Of a DNA stretch of 64,000 nucleotides, positions 49,995-59,558 are shown one piece after another. The stretch lies in sequence record PQ850593.1; one strand, written 5' to 3'. Every line of letters starts with the position of its first letter. Within the stretch, counting starts at the first letter, position 1. Below the pieces are notes generated by a model. That model was given only the letters and a program-made list of their open reading frames with translations. It ran no database searches and was not told where the DNA came from. Source of the DNA: Escherichia phage AidaStucki_Bas93. Made by a program: the position numbers and the translations under genes.

Positions 49995-52025
49995 TTAACC
50001 TCTATTCAATGAACATTTAGGAGAATTACAATAAACTTGATTCATAGAACCAAGCGTACAACTTTCAGCATCGCGCCACGGAATCTGCTTAAAACACCCT
50101 GAGCAGTAGCCGAGGGTTGACCACATTGCTTTGGTGAAGTCAGTGCTTCGATTTCCGTCGAAGCTGACAACAGTTTTGCGGAGAGCTGTTCGTGATTCAG
50201 GAAACACACCTGCTTTCTCAGCAGGTTCCTCCTTTTTTGGCTTAGTTGAGATTGCAAAAATACTGTTGCTACGTTTCTCAACATAAGCATCAACAACATC
50301 CTCCAGAGTAATGCCTGTCTGTTTCGCTGAGGAAGGTAATACAGTCATACGACCAATCATATCTTCAGTTACACGTAAAGCAAATTCAGGACGACGGGCG
50401 TTTGTTGTATCTGTTGCTTTAATCCAGACATAACCATCTTTGATCGTAGCATTAGATACTTTCTTCTTTATATCTACAGCGCAGACTTTACAGATGTCTT
50501 CACCACGAAGACGACTGAGTTCATCATCAAACTCGTTCTCTGTTTTAACTTCACCACAGATTTCACAAACACCAATAGGAGTTTCCTCCTCTTCTTCATC
50601 TTTAGGCTTAGTCAAACCTTCCAGACATTCAGGGTGCCAGTAGCATTGATATGCGAAGACTGCTTTAGGTGCATCCTTCCAATCAATGTGTTTATCACAA
50701 CCGCCACAATCACCATGAGAATGTGCTTCCCAGAATTTACGAGTGATAGTAACGCCATTCTTGTTGACGAAACTATCATTCATATCAAAAGGGATATCAT
50801 CATCAAAGTCAGCAGTAGTTGACTCAGGCTCCTTTTTCTCCAGAGATGGGTCAACAAAACGACCTGCTGTGATCACTAAACGAACCATAGCATTAACTTC
50901 GGAGATACAGGATACTGTCCCACGGTAAACAATTTTAGGGTCTTTCAGGGCATCCTGATAAGCCTTAATGTCTACGTTATGAACATCACCTTCGATATAC
51001 TCTTGAGATTTCTCATCGTAGATATAACCAATCATCTTACCACGAGAAGGAACAGCACCAGCAGTTGCATAAGGGACAAACTCATGTGGTGTGATCTCCA
51101 CAGTCATGTCGCGGCGAATGTCAATGTTTCGATCGCTTGCGATTTTGTTTTGACTTACCACTGCGTTTCTTCGACGAACGTCTGCCGCTGTCACTCCCGG
51201 CTTCGTGTCGTAAGGATTGCTTGTACTGCTTTTTGAGGAACTTTGATAGTTGCTTTGGCTGTAGTTGTTCGAGTAGTAATTGCCCCAACGATTGATTACC
51301 GTAAAAACCGGAAGCTCGTGGGCGACCTCTTCAACTAGAGTCATGCTGTTGTTTGACACATCAAAGATGTATTCTGTACCAACTTTACATTCAAAGTGCT
51401 CATCAATGCGATTCTTGTGAGACCTAGAACGCTTCAGAATCCACATCAACATATCTTCTTCAGAAGCACCAAACCAATCTCTGTTACAACGTGCAAGATG
51501 GAAAGGACGCTCTTCATTACGGATGATATGAAGACGATTATCAGAAGCATCGTGCCAGATTAAGGTGAAAGCACCATCCAGCTTTTGAATAGTCTCTGCT
51601 GCACCAATAGTGTTAATAGAGTGGCAGATGTTTTCACTGTCTACCTCGAAGTTTTTACTGTCAGGTAACAGGTCTTGGTTCATCAAGGTTCCGTTATGAA
51701 CCAGAGTGATGTTACCGTGTTGGAAAGGATGGGCGTTCTTGGCGTTAACTGCACCTTTCGTTGCATGACGGCTGTGACCAACAATCCATGAAGGTGCTAC
51801 AGTGTAAGCTGTTTCACCAGTGGTGTGCTTCTTGTACTCATCTTTAAGGATGAATGCGAAAGAAGGAAGTGCCTCTTTATAAGTGAAGACCTCTTTAGTG
51901 CTTTTACGCTGACCAAAGATACCAGAGGAGTGCTGTCCTCGGAATACTCCAGCATAAAAGAGTTGGTTAAATATATCTAAATCAGTGCTTGACAGATTAC
52001 CGCCAGCTAATACGATGCCACAAAT
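49995..52025 (-). CDS. class-II (Ntn) glutamine amidotransferase domain fused to a Cys-rich C-terminal region; apparent non-AUG start
   Basis: frame is open upstream of the track's TTG start back to a TAG at 52029-52031 and begins K-I-CGIVLAGG (catalytic N-terminal Cys); AGGTGG sits 8 nt upstream of the ATT preceding the Cys codon. Confidence 0.5.
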   Translation of the reverse strand: MCGIVLAGGNLSSTDLDIFNQLFYAGVFRGQHSSGIFGQRKSTKEVFTYKEALPSFAFILKDEYKKHTTGETAYTVAPSWIVGHSRHATKGAVNAKNAHPFQHGNITLVHNGTLMNQDLLPDSKNFEVDSENICHSINTIGAAETIQKLDGAFTLIWHDASDNRLHIIRNEERPFHLARCNRDWFGASEEDMLMWILKRSRSHKNRIDEHFECKVGTEYIFDVSNNSMTLVEEVAHELPVFTVINRWGNYYSNNYSQSNYQSSSKSSTSNPYDTKPGVTAADVRRRNAVVSQNKIASDRNIDIRRDMTVEITPHEFVPYATAGAVPSRGKMIGYIYDEKSQEYIEGDVHNVDIKAYQDALKDPKIVYRGTVSCISEVNAMVRLVITAGRFVDPSLEKKEPESTTADFDDDIPFDMNDSFVNKNGVTITRKFWEAHSHGDCGGCDKHIDWKDAPKAVFAYQCYWHPECLEGLTKPKDEEEEETPIGVCEICGEVKTENEFDDELSRLRGEDICKVCAVDIKKKVSNATIKDGYVWIKATDTTNARRPEFALRVTEDMIGRMTVLPSSAKQTGITLEDVVDAYVEKRSNSIFAISTKPKKEEPAEKAGVFPESRTALRKTVVSFDGNRSTDFTKAMWSTLGYCSGCFKQIPWRDAESCTLGSMNQVYCNSPKCSLNRG

Positions 52026-52104
52026 TTTCTAATCCACCTGAAGGGTAAACCCTTTCATCTAATTAACCTTTAAATTATGCCCCTTCGTCAGAGGCACCCA
52101 TTGA

Positions 52105-53208
52105 TTACAGCGCTTGCTCTAACTGATTTTCCAGATGATCTGGAATATATCCTGTGATGTTGTTATCACTGTGTCCTGACTCACGTAGCAAGTCAAAAAT
52201 AGCACGGATACGCTGTTCTGATGCAGATCGTACAGTAGATAGGTCAGTTGTACGAAGCATAACCAGAATTTCTTGGTACAAGTTGTTAGCGTTCCCTCGA
52301 ATATACCCAAGGAACCCATAGAAGTCTGGAATAAGACGTAAGTCAACAAGGACTTCTCCGTTGGAGTCGGTTCGACGTAAACGAATACGACCAGACTGCT
52401 CTACTTCATGAGAACGACAATACAAAACATCACGGGCCATACAATACCCTGAATGCAAATCCGATTCGTCCAGATTGTAATCCAGAGGAAGATAAGGAAG
52501 CATTGGGGCAAATCGTACAGTATTTAAATGCTCAATAAACTGGTCATTGCTCATCTCTGCGTTATCTAAAGCCAGCTTCTTCAACATTAAGAAGCGGTTA
52601 ACCAGATTGAGAAGTTGACCACGTTTCCACTTAGGCTCGCTGATACGAAACTCAATTGAGCCGTATTGGGCAAGTGGCAGAAGGTTCAGAGATGTATACT
52701 TATCCCATGAACGAACCAGACGGTTGAAGAACTCTTCACCGTCGTAGTTAAATGCGTCAGAGGCGTTCATTACCTGTGCTTGTACCACTGCGAAAGCAGG
52801 GCAGAAGTTGCTACGGTAACGATGATAGCCTGAACACTTGAACAACATTTTTTCATAGAAGGTCCAAGCGAGGATGGTTTTCTTGAGGATATTACTATCA
52901 GCATCCCTCATATCCATATGAACGTGAGTAGAGCAACGCCAAGTCCCCTCGGCGTGCGATTCAGCTACTGCTTCACTCAGGTTGTTGATAGCGTCTAACA
53001 ACTCCTGTCCATTGTAAGGTCGTGAACATACCATTTCACAACCATTACGCAGGGAACCATCCTCTGTACAATCCCACATATCTGCTTCAATATGGTCGGA
53101 ACCTTCGAGTTCTAGTTCGATACCGATACCGCACTGAAGTGCAATTGAACTATGCGCCTCAGTTAAACGACCTTCTCGGTATCCAAAAGTTTGCGCTACA
53201 GTTGTCAT
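52105..53208 (-). CDS. candidate GS-like amidoligase
   Basis: GIGIELELEG near N-terminus and CSTHVHMD downstream; assignment needs profile search. Confidence 0.4.
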   Translation of the reverse strand: MTTVAQTFGYREGRLTEAHSSIALQCGIGIELELEGSDHIEADMWDCTEDGSLRNGCEMVCSRPYNGQELLDAINNLSEAVAESHAEGTWRCSTHVHMDMRDADSNILKKTILAWTFYEKMLFKCSGYHRYRSNFCPAFAVVQAQVMNASDAFNYDGEEFFNRLVRSWDKYTSLNLLPLAQYGSIEFRISEPKWKRGQLLNLVNRFLMLKKLALDNAEMSNDQFIEHLNTVRFAPMLPYLPLDYNLDESDLHSGYCMARDVLYCRSHEVEQSGRIRLRRTDSNGEVLVDLRLIPDFYGFLGYIRGNANNLYQEILVMLRTTDLSTVRSASEQRIRAIFDLLRESGHSDNNITGYIPDHLENQLEQAL

Positions 53209-53822
53209 AACGAATCCACCAACGTAATATTATAATTGCTAAGATTTTCAGAGATGTGATGAAAATGTTCCAGAAGTCGCATCGGTTGCTGACCATAAGA
53301 GTCACGAGGTGCTTCTAGATCTACTTGTCCTACCAGTGCACCTTTATAATGCACTTTACCATCTGTAGGATTGATGTAAATGTAACGAGTGACCAATCCA
53401 TCAAACTCTGGATTGAACAAACTGTAAACCATCTCCCCAGAGATAGAACGACCAATCCCAGGAGCATTTCGAATCTTATTACCCATTAAACCCTTTGCTC
53501 TCTGACGAACAGGGTTAATATGAGTCCAGCTCACAGTGTTACCGTTATGGAACAGATAACCAACATCAGGTGATTCAAGAATCAAGGTTGGGTCGAACAC
53601 TGGAATATTCATCACAGTGTTTCGAAGATTCCCATGCTCGTTCTTGTACCACTGCTCTACAACAAAATACAGAGCCTGCTCTGCTTCGTGAGAGAAGTCA
53701 TCGCTGCGGAAGTTACCGCTCTGCTCAACACCAATCACAAAACATGGAAGGTTGATATTACCTGCTCGTTTAGCAATCCATGTACCGTTATAGTAATGAG
53801 AAAAATCAGATACTAAGCTCAC
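53205..53822 (-). CDS. hypothetical protein
   Basis: 205-aa ORF overlapping neighbours by 4 nt (operon-like). Confidence 0.4.
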   Translation of the reverse strand: MSLVSDFSHYYNGTWIAKRAGNINLPCFVIGVEQSGNFRSDDFSHEAEQALYFVVEQWYKNEHGNLRNTVMNIPVFDPTLILESPDVGYLFHNGNTVSWTHINPVRQRAKGLMGNKIRNAPGIGRSISGEMVYSLFNPEFDGLVTRYIYINPTDGKVHYKGALVGQVDLEAPRDSYGQQPMRLLEHFHHISENLSNYNITLVDSL

Positions 53823-53831
53823 GATAACCTC

Positions 53832-54638
53832 TTATGCTACCTGAAGGCGTTTAATCTGCTGGTCCGCTTCTTTAACGTTATTACCGTTAATGATTTCATG
53901 AAGCTTCTCAATCGGAAGGCGAGAGTGCAATGCCATCAGAGTGGACATGTCACACTGCTGAACAACCTTGTCAACCTGATCATAAACAAACTTACGGTTT
54001 TCACGATCACTAATCCAGAAGTTAGACAGGGAACGATATTCAATACCATAGTCCTTGTAGCGGATTGCAGATGCTTTACCGTAGAGTTCTTTACGGCGAG
54101 TGTCTTTATCCATAATAACTGCTGGGAGGGATAGGAAGTAGTCACACAGCACACCCAGCATCATCTGAGTTTGCAGGGTGATATCCAAAGCACCAACTAC
54201 GCCAAGATGTACGTGACCACCGGCAGTACGAAGCCCCTTATTTTGAGAAGTCGGGGATGGGTTCTTCTGACCAGTGAAAGCGTTGAAATCAGGAGTACAT
54301 CCAAAGATGAACGCTGATTCATTGAAAGTCTTCATCTCTTCTTCAGTGAAGATGTGAGAGCTAACACCCGGAGCTGTTTCCATGTCCAGTTTGTTCAGGA
54401 CATTATTGGTGAGATCGATACCACGTTGCATGTTGTCATTAAACGCTTCAAAACCACTCTGTGGGTCAATATCAAACTCAGCCAGTACGTTGTCCTCTTG
54501 AAGACGAACATCCTTAGCCAGAGCGATCTTATCGTCCTTAGAACAACCTAACAGACCAGCTACAGAAGTGATGATTCCTTTGCTGGTACGAACGAACATT
54601 TCCGGATCCGATCCTATTAAGAATTTGCGCTTAGTCAT
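53832..54638 (-). CDS. hypothetical protein (second candidate GS-like amidoligase)
   Basis: FLIGSDPEMFV near N-terminus and AGGHVHLGV downstream; tentative. Confidence 0.35.
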   Translation of the reverse strand: MTKRKFLIGSDPEMFVRTSKGIITSVAGLLGCSKDDKIALAKDVRLQEDNVLAEFDIDPQSGFEAFNDNMQRGIDLTNNVLNKLDMETAPGVSSHIFTEEEMKTFNESAFIFGCTPDFNAFTGQKNPSPTSQNKGLRTAGGHVHLGVVGALDITLQTQMMLGVLCDYFLSLPAVIMDKDTRRKELYGKASAIRYKDYGIEYRSLSNFWISDRENRKFVYDQVDKVVQQCDMSTLMALHSRLPIEKLHEIINGNNVKEADQQIKRLQVA

Positions 54639-55602
54639 TGTAATACTCCACTAGTTCAGAAAAGAGAGATGAGATTGTGTTACCGATTTCTTCAGGATTA
54701 AGACCAGAATCTATTCCAGTACGCTGAATTATTCGTGCTGTAAAGTTTTGTACTGTAATGTTTTCCAACTTATTATCTATTGCTTCACGTTTGTGACCAT
54801 AACAGTTGGACCAGAGTTTTAACCACTCTGACATTGTTTCATACTCATCTGGATCTTGATCTTTAGCACGAGCAAATCTTCGTAAGACATCTGTGTTGTG
54901 GTTACGAACATAACCATTCTCGTTGTCACCAACACCGAAGGGGTTTTGAACCCATACTTGCTTCGTGTATTCATCAGAGTCAACAACCAAAGGAAGGAAT
55001 GCTGCTGCTGACATATTGTTGTCAATAACAACAGACGTGCTTTCACTACTCCCATTGGAAGCTCCTCGTTGAGACCACCTACCAAAGAAGTCACGACCCA
55101 ACCCAGCTAACAACAGAGCGATGCCAATGCGTTTACGCTTCAGCCACTCTTCCCTGTCTTCAATTCCTTCTGCTAGGAAATCCATTCCACGATACTGCCC
55201 TTCCAAAATGCTACGGAAGAGCATAAGTCCTGTGAAGATTTGATCTGCTGGATGCTCACGGAGGTTGACAGCTACGCTATTCGCTGAAGTGATTGTGAAT
55301 ACATCGCGATAGCAAGACATGGAGTTCATAATATCTGCTGTTTCAACCAAGTTCTTTTCAATATAAGATGCATCATGACCGTGAAAAGAGTGAGTCCAGT
55401 AATTCAGCATCTCCAGTTGCAAGTTGATATCACGGTTGAAGCGTCTATAACGCCCCTCTTCCATGATAACTTCGCCATTAATATCGCTTACACATTGGCC
55501 TTGCATGTAGTTGTGAATACCGAAGCACCCACGACCTAAGAACTTCTGTTCCCCTAAATCTTGTTGAAGATTCAGAGGTACGATCGTTGTGGAGATTGAC
55601 AT
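54631..55602 (-). CDS. hypothetical protein
   Basis: 323-aa ORF with no motif I recognise. Confidence 0.4.
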   Translation of the reverse strand: MSISTTIVPLNLQQDLGEQKFLGRGCFGIHNYMQGQCVSDINGEVIMEEGRYRRFNRDINLQLEMLNYWTHSFHGHDASYIEKNLVETADIMNSMSCYRDVFTITSANSVAVNLREHPADQIFTGLMLFRSILEGQYRGMDFLAEGIEDREEWLKRKRIGIALLLAGLGRDFFGRWSQRGASNGSSESTSVVIDNNMSAAAFLPLVVDSDEYTKQVWVQNPFGVGDNENGYVRNHNTDVLRRFARAKDQDPDEYETMSEWLKLWSNCYGHKREAIDNKLENITVQNFTARIIQRTGIDSGLNPEEIGNTISSLFSELVEYYND

Positions 55603-55612
55603 AACTAACCTT

Positions 55613-56809
55613 TTATTTTCCTAAAAATAATCCGCTCATAATACCATCCCACTCAGAGGATGGAATCACTGAATACTCCGAACTTTGGTCCAGAGTTCCA
55701 CTACTAAATCTCTGAACAATGTTATAGATGTTGAACAGGTCTTTAGCCTCAGTACGGATACCGTAGACTAATTTATCAGATGTTCTTTCATCTTTAGATA
55801 CCCGACGAGCAAAATTAACCAGAAGGTTGTCACATTTAAGCGTTTCTGACCCACTCTCTACCAAATCAGGGTGCATCACAGGCAAGAACATCGAGTTATT
55901 GACTCGCAACTCTGCTGTTTCGTCATTCTCATAATGAATCCACTTAAAGTCTTCATCACGGAAGTGACCACAACCGTCTCTGTACGACTGCTGACGCCAA
56001 GGCACTTTAAATGCTTTAGCATACTTATCAGCCATGCCAACTGTAAACAACGACGCTGGGAAGATGCAAGCATCCCAATCATTACCGACCAGAGTTGCTT
56101 TCGTTTCACCCAAGAGGTTAGTATAAGTGCTAATCATTCGGGAATAAATATAAGCCTGAAGGATTGTCCAACCTTCAATCAACCATTTATGAAGGAAGGT
56201 TTCAACTTGACTCTCTTCGTCTTCGCAATAGAAGGTTCGGTCTAGCATTAAATAGAACAGACAACGATCAGCAGGGATGTTCTCAGTTGCTACACCCATA
56301 AAACCTTTCTCGTGCCAGCGTAAACAGGAGGGACGATCTTTGTCCACAAATGCTTCCATAGCTTCCAGTACAGCACGAGGTGAGGTTTGGTATTCAGGGT
56401 TTTTACTATTCCAACGATCAATGTTGTTCTTAGGAGGTGTGTCTTCATCTTCATACGAACACCAACTTAAAGCTTCAGATACGTGCTTTTCATCACACCA
56501 ATGCCTAAAACCTAACATCTTCATGTGAGTTCCGGAGTTCCAGATATGCTTGATTTTACACATATCCATCTCTCGGCTTAACAGGAACTCTTCCCCATCA
56601 GCGCTACGAACGTTAGCTTCTTCATTCCACACTCGAACGTGCATATTCCACCCATAAGTTGCCTCATACGTGTTAGGGTCGAAGTATTCATATTCGTCAT
56701 CATCTTCATCAACGCCACCGTTATAGTTGCGGAGCTGAAGGAATCCATAGCAAGGAGGATAGACCGTTAAAACTCTACCTTCAATATCTTCTAATGTTAC
56801 TGGAAACAT
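55613..56809 (-). CDS. hypothetical protein
   Basis: 398-aa ORF, Cys/His/Trp-rich, no motif I recognise. Confidence 0.4.
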   Translation of the reverse strand: MFPVTLEDIEGRVLTVYPPCYGFLQLRNYNGGVDEDDDEYEYFDPNTYEATYGWNMHVRVWNEEANVRSADGEEFLLSREMDMCKIKHIWNSGTHMKMLGFRHWCDEKHVSEALSWCSYEDEDTPPKNNIDRWNSKNPEYQTSPRAVLEAMEAFVDKDRPSCLRWHEKGFMGVATENIPADRCLFYLMLDRTFYCEDEESQVETFLHKWLIEGWTILQAYIYSRMISTYTNLLGETKATLVGNDWDACIFPASLFTVGMADKYAKAFKVPWRQQSYRDGCGHFRDEDFKWIHYENDETAELRVNNSMFLPVMHPDLVESGSETLKCDNLLVNFARRVSKDERTSDKLVYGIRTEAKDLFNIYNIVQRFSSGTLDQSSEYSVIPSSEWDGIMSGLFLGK

Positions 56810-56820
56810 TATACCAACCT

Positions 56821-57183
56821 CTATTGGTTTTTAATCAACTCAATAGACTTACGGATATAAAGAATATCTCGGAAGTTTCTGTAGTTGTTCATAAATTGAT
56901 GCTTCTGGAACTCAGCTTCTTCCAGAGCTTTCTTTGCGTCTGCATAGCCCTTACGAGCAAGATATACAACACGCTCTGGTAACATGTTTGCACGATGGAT
57001 TAGATACTTGTGAGCTTTCATGTTGCTTTGCTCACGAGCAATCTTACCTTTAGCAACTTTGATACCATTTGCAATCCAAGCAAGTTCTTGCTCAAGCTCA
57101 TCGTTGGACATTCCACCGAGGTTTGATGCAACCTTGTTCAGAGTTTCAATATTAACGTTGCCCTTGATGGGACGTGTATTCAT
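56821..57183 (-). CDS. hypothetical protein
   Basis: 120-aa ORF. Confidence 0.4.
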   Translation of the reverse strand: MNTRPIKGNVNIETLNKVASNLGGMSNDELEQELAWIANGIKVAKGKIAREQSNMKAHKYLIHRANMLPERVVYLARKGYADAKKALEEAEFQKHQFMNNYRNFRDILYIRKSIELIKNQ

Positions 57184-57185
57184 AC

Positions 57186-57338
57186 TTACTCCTGTTGTTT
57201 ACACTCGTCAATAACCCACTGATAAGTGGATTGCCCAGAAAAGAAACACTGAATAAATCCAGACGTTCTCTGCGTTACCAGTGCTAGTGCACAAATCACT
57301 ACCGCTGCTGCTAGCAGTTTTAAATCTAATTTAGACAT
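57186..57338 (-). CDS. small membrane protein
   Basis: start moved to MSKLDLK (AGAGAGGAAAT RBS); one hydrophobic helix. Confidence 0.4.
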   Translation of the reverse strand: MSKLDLKLLAAAVVICALALVTQRTSGFIQCFFSGQSTYQWVIDECKQQE

Positions 57339-57568
57339 ATTTCCTCTCTTTGAATTTAAAAAAGGACTCTCCGAAAAGAGCCAAGCTTTAAATCCAAAAA
57401 AGATATTACCCAATATCTGTGGATAACCTGCTCTTAAAATATCTATCCGACGGATGTTTGAGGAACACTCCTCGCCCTAGCATCGGCCCCATACGGGAAA
57501 TAAATTAAGATTAGGTTAGTTGAGTCAGAATAACTCACATAGCCTTCTCCGGAAGAAGGCTATAGATG

Positions 57569-57802
57569 TTACTCGCCTTTCTTAGCACGATCTTTGGCAG
57601 TTTTGCCAGTGCGGATGCGGTGTGAAACGTTAACCAGAGTGCCGCCATCAACTACGGTAACGCTCTTGTTTTTAGCCAGATCAAACACAGCCTTCTCTGT
57701 GCCACCCAAGCGAATTTGCTTAGGCTCACTGAAGGTTTGGGTTGATTTGGATTGGAACTGGAACGGTTGACGGATTGCATCAATTGCACTTACTTTAGAC
57801 AT
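57569..57802 (-). CDS. hypothetical protein
   Basis: 77-aa ORF. Confidence 0.4.
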   Translation of the reverse strand: MSKVSAIDAIRQPFQFQSKSTQTFSEPKQIRLGGTEKAVFDLAKNKSVTVVDGGTLVNVSHRIRTGKTAKDRAKKGE

Positions 57803-58102
57803 AGGGGAAATTCCTTAAAAAGTCATGGCTGCGTAGAGGGAATTCCCTACGCAAATTGGGCCGCCTAAAAAGAGGCGTCATAGTACTAAAAGGAGGAGAG
57901 AAGAGGGCTTATTTAGCTACCTTTTTCTGACCATTTACGAACCAGATAATTGTGCCATCAGGCTGCCGTTGACCGAAGCCTTTAATAGTTAGCATGTCTT
58001 CCGAAAACTCTTTAAAAGTAATCATTTACTTATCCTTACATTAGAGTTAATATGATCTCTGCTTTGGCAAACTTCTCACCAACTTCGAGAGTATCAGCAA
58101 TC

Positions 58103-58348
58103 CTACTCCTGAACCACAGACATACGAATCATTTCCACCGGAGTGTCACCCTTCATAACACCCAGCACACCAGACATAAGGTTAACTGTGGTAATCCAGT
58201 CTTTTTCTACAGAGATTTTGCTGGACACATTGGCAACACGCATATAATACTGAGGTGATGCTGAACCTCGCTGGACTACGAAAGGATTTCCGGGGATGAT
58301 AGTATCCAGCGGATGTGTGTTATCTTTAATCTTAGGGATAATTTTCAT
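58103..58348 (-). CDS. hypothetical protein
   Basis: 81-aa ORF. Confidence 0.35.
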   Translation of the reverse strand: MKIIPKIKDNTHPLDTIIPGNPFVVQRGSASPQYYMRVANVSSKISVEKDWITTVNLMSGVLGVMKGDTPVEMIRMSVVQE

Positions 58349-58356
58349 CTTGATTC

Positions 58357-58668
58357 CTATTTAAGTTTGAGGCTGATATTAAGGTGCATACACGCCCTGT
58401 TCTGTACAGCGGCATAACTTCTGCCGAGCATGTCTGCCATTCTCTGAATAGGCATGAACCCAGCATTACGAATAACAAACTGATCTTCTTCTTCCGTCCA
58501 CTTGACACGAAGAGTAGCTCTGGAAATTTTGAACTTGGTACAGGCTGTGTTAACAGCATTCTCTGTAACATTCATAATCTGAGCAACCTCTTGAACCGAG
58601 TACTCTTTGATCAGTCTCCGAAGATTTTCAATCTGCATCGGAGTCCATATAGTTCTTCGTGCTTTCAT
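58357..58668 (-). CDS. putative helix-turn-helix DNA-binding regulator
   Basis: two HTH-like segments (YSVQEVAQIMNVTENAV and IQRMADMLGRSYAAVQNR). Confidence 0.4.
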   Translation of the reverse strand: MKARRTIWTPMQIENLRRLIKEYSVQEVAQIMNVTENAVNTACTKFKISRATLRVKWTEEEDQFVIRNAGFMPIQRMADMLGRSYAAVQNRACMHLNISLKLK

Positions 58669-59162
58669 ATACCCTCCAATTAAACATTTATATAAGACTT
58701 GCTTAGATAAAGATTCAATAAAATAGGGGGAGGGGACGAATCCTCCCTTATCCTATTAATTAGTATTGCATGTAAGATCTAACAATCGGTTTCCTTTGTA
58801 GGAATAAGCGTTATGCTCATCCAGCACTAAACTCCCGCCCCCTTAGTGGGCTGGGTTATTAAAGGGTAACGCCCTTATGGGCTAGTTACGTGAATGTTAG
58901 TTTGATAGGAGATCTGAAGTCCTATCTCAAAGGACTCTCGTAAGAATCCTTCACGATAAGCTCTTAATATACTAATCCGTGTAAGAGAAACACTCTCTTA
59001 GTTAACTCTGCTTTAGCTCTGTAATAAGCCGTAGAACCTAACAGGCGGCTCTTAACAAAGAACTTGATGTCATTGCTTACGTCTTGTATTAAACGCTCCT
59101 GTACAGCTTCTGAGGAGCTATTAATTGAATCAATTAACACCTTTGTAGATGTGTAATTCACA

Positions 59163-59444
59163 TCACCACTCCTTACCGGTTGTAGTTGTAGAGCCACCAC
59201 ACCACTGTGCATTAGATAAGGTTTTAGTCTCCTCATCCATTGCTGCACCATTCATGCATGAGATACCATTGTAACGCATATCAATTTCGCCAGAAGGAAC
59301 CTTCTCACCTTTATGCCAGCGAGATACACAAATACCTTCCACTGCTACTGCACACCATCCATCAGGACGGCTCTGTACACAGCCTGTAAGGGCCACACAG
59401 ACAAGGAAGATACAGATTAAGGATATTACACCACCCCAACTCAT
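59163..59444 (-). CDS. putative lipoprotein
   Basis: signal peptide with lipobox ALTGC; GGAGGT RBS 7 nt upstream of ATG; start moved from the track's 59501, which runs through the upstream inverted repeat. Confidence 0.5.
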   Translation of the reverse strand: MSWGGVISLICIFLVCVALTGCVQSRPDGWCAVAVEGICVSRWHKGEKVPSGEIDMRYNGISCMNGAAMDEETKTLSNAQWCGGSTTTTGKEW

Positions 59445-59456
59445 AACACACCTCCA

Positions 59457-59558
59457 AGAGCTTCTAGCGAGGATGACAGGGTTCGAACCTGCATACTCCA
59501 ATTACTTCTTTAACGACCGCTTAGAAGGCGGGGAAGATACATCCTCGCTAGAAGCTCT
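59457..59558 (-). ncRNA. structured element: 19-bp perfect inverted repeat enclosing a 64-nt loop with tRNA-like T-arm (not a canonical tRNA)
   Basis: AGAGCTTCTAGCGAGGATG (59457-59475) pairs with 59540-59558; loop contains GCAGG-TTCGAAC-CCTGT and CCGC-CTTCTAA-GCGG hairpins; no D-arm could be folded. Confidence 0.35.

Noticed and set aside
57831-57852. Apparent perfect 20-bp palindrome GCGTAG..GGAATTCC..CTACGC
   Set aside because: On recount the left arm has a 2-nt bulge, so it is an imperfect palindrome; possibly an operator but not remarkable alone.
58964-59251. 95-aa ORF overlapping the 3' end of the lipoprotein gene
   Set aside because: Different frame overlapping a gene with strong RBS and signal peptide, no RBS of its own; cannot be fully excluded.
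59457-59558. Canonical tRNA gene
   Set aside because: A T-arm and 7-bp acceptor-like pairing exist, but no D-arm fits and the anticodon stem has only 4 bp; kept as an unclassified structured element.
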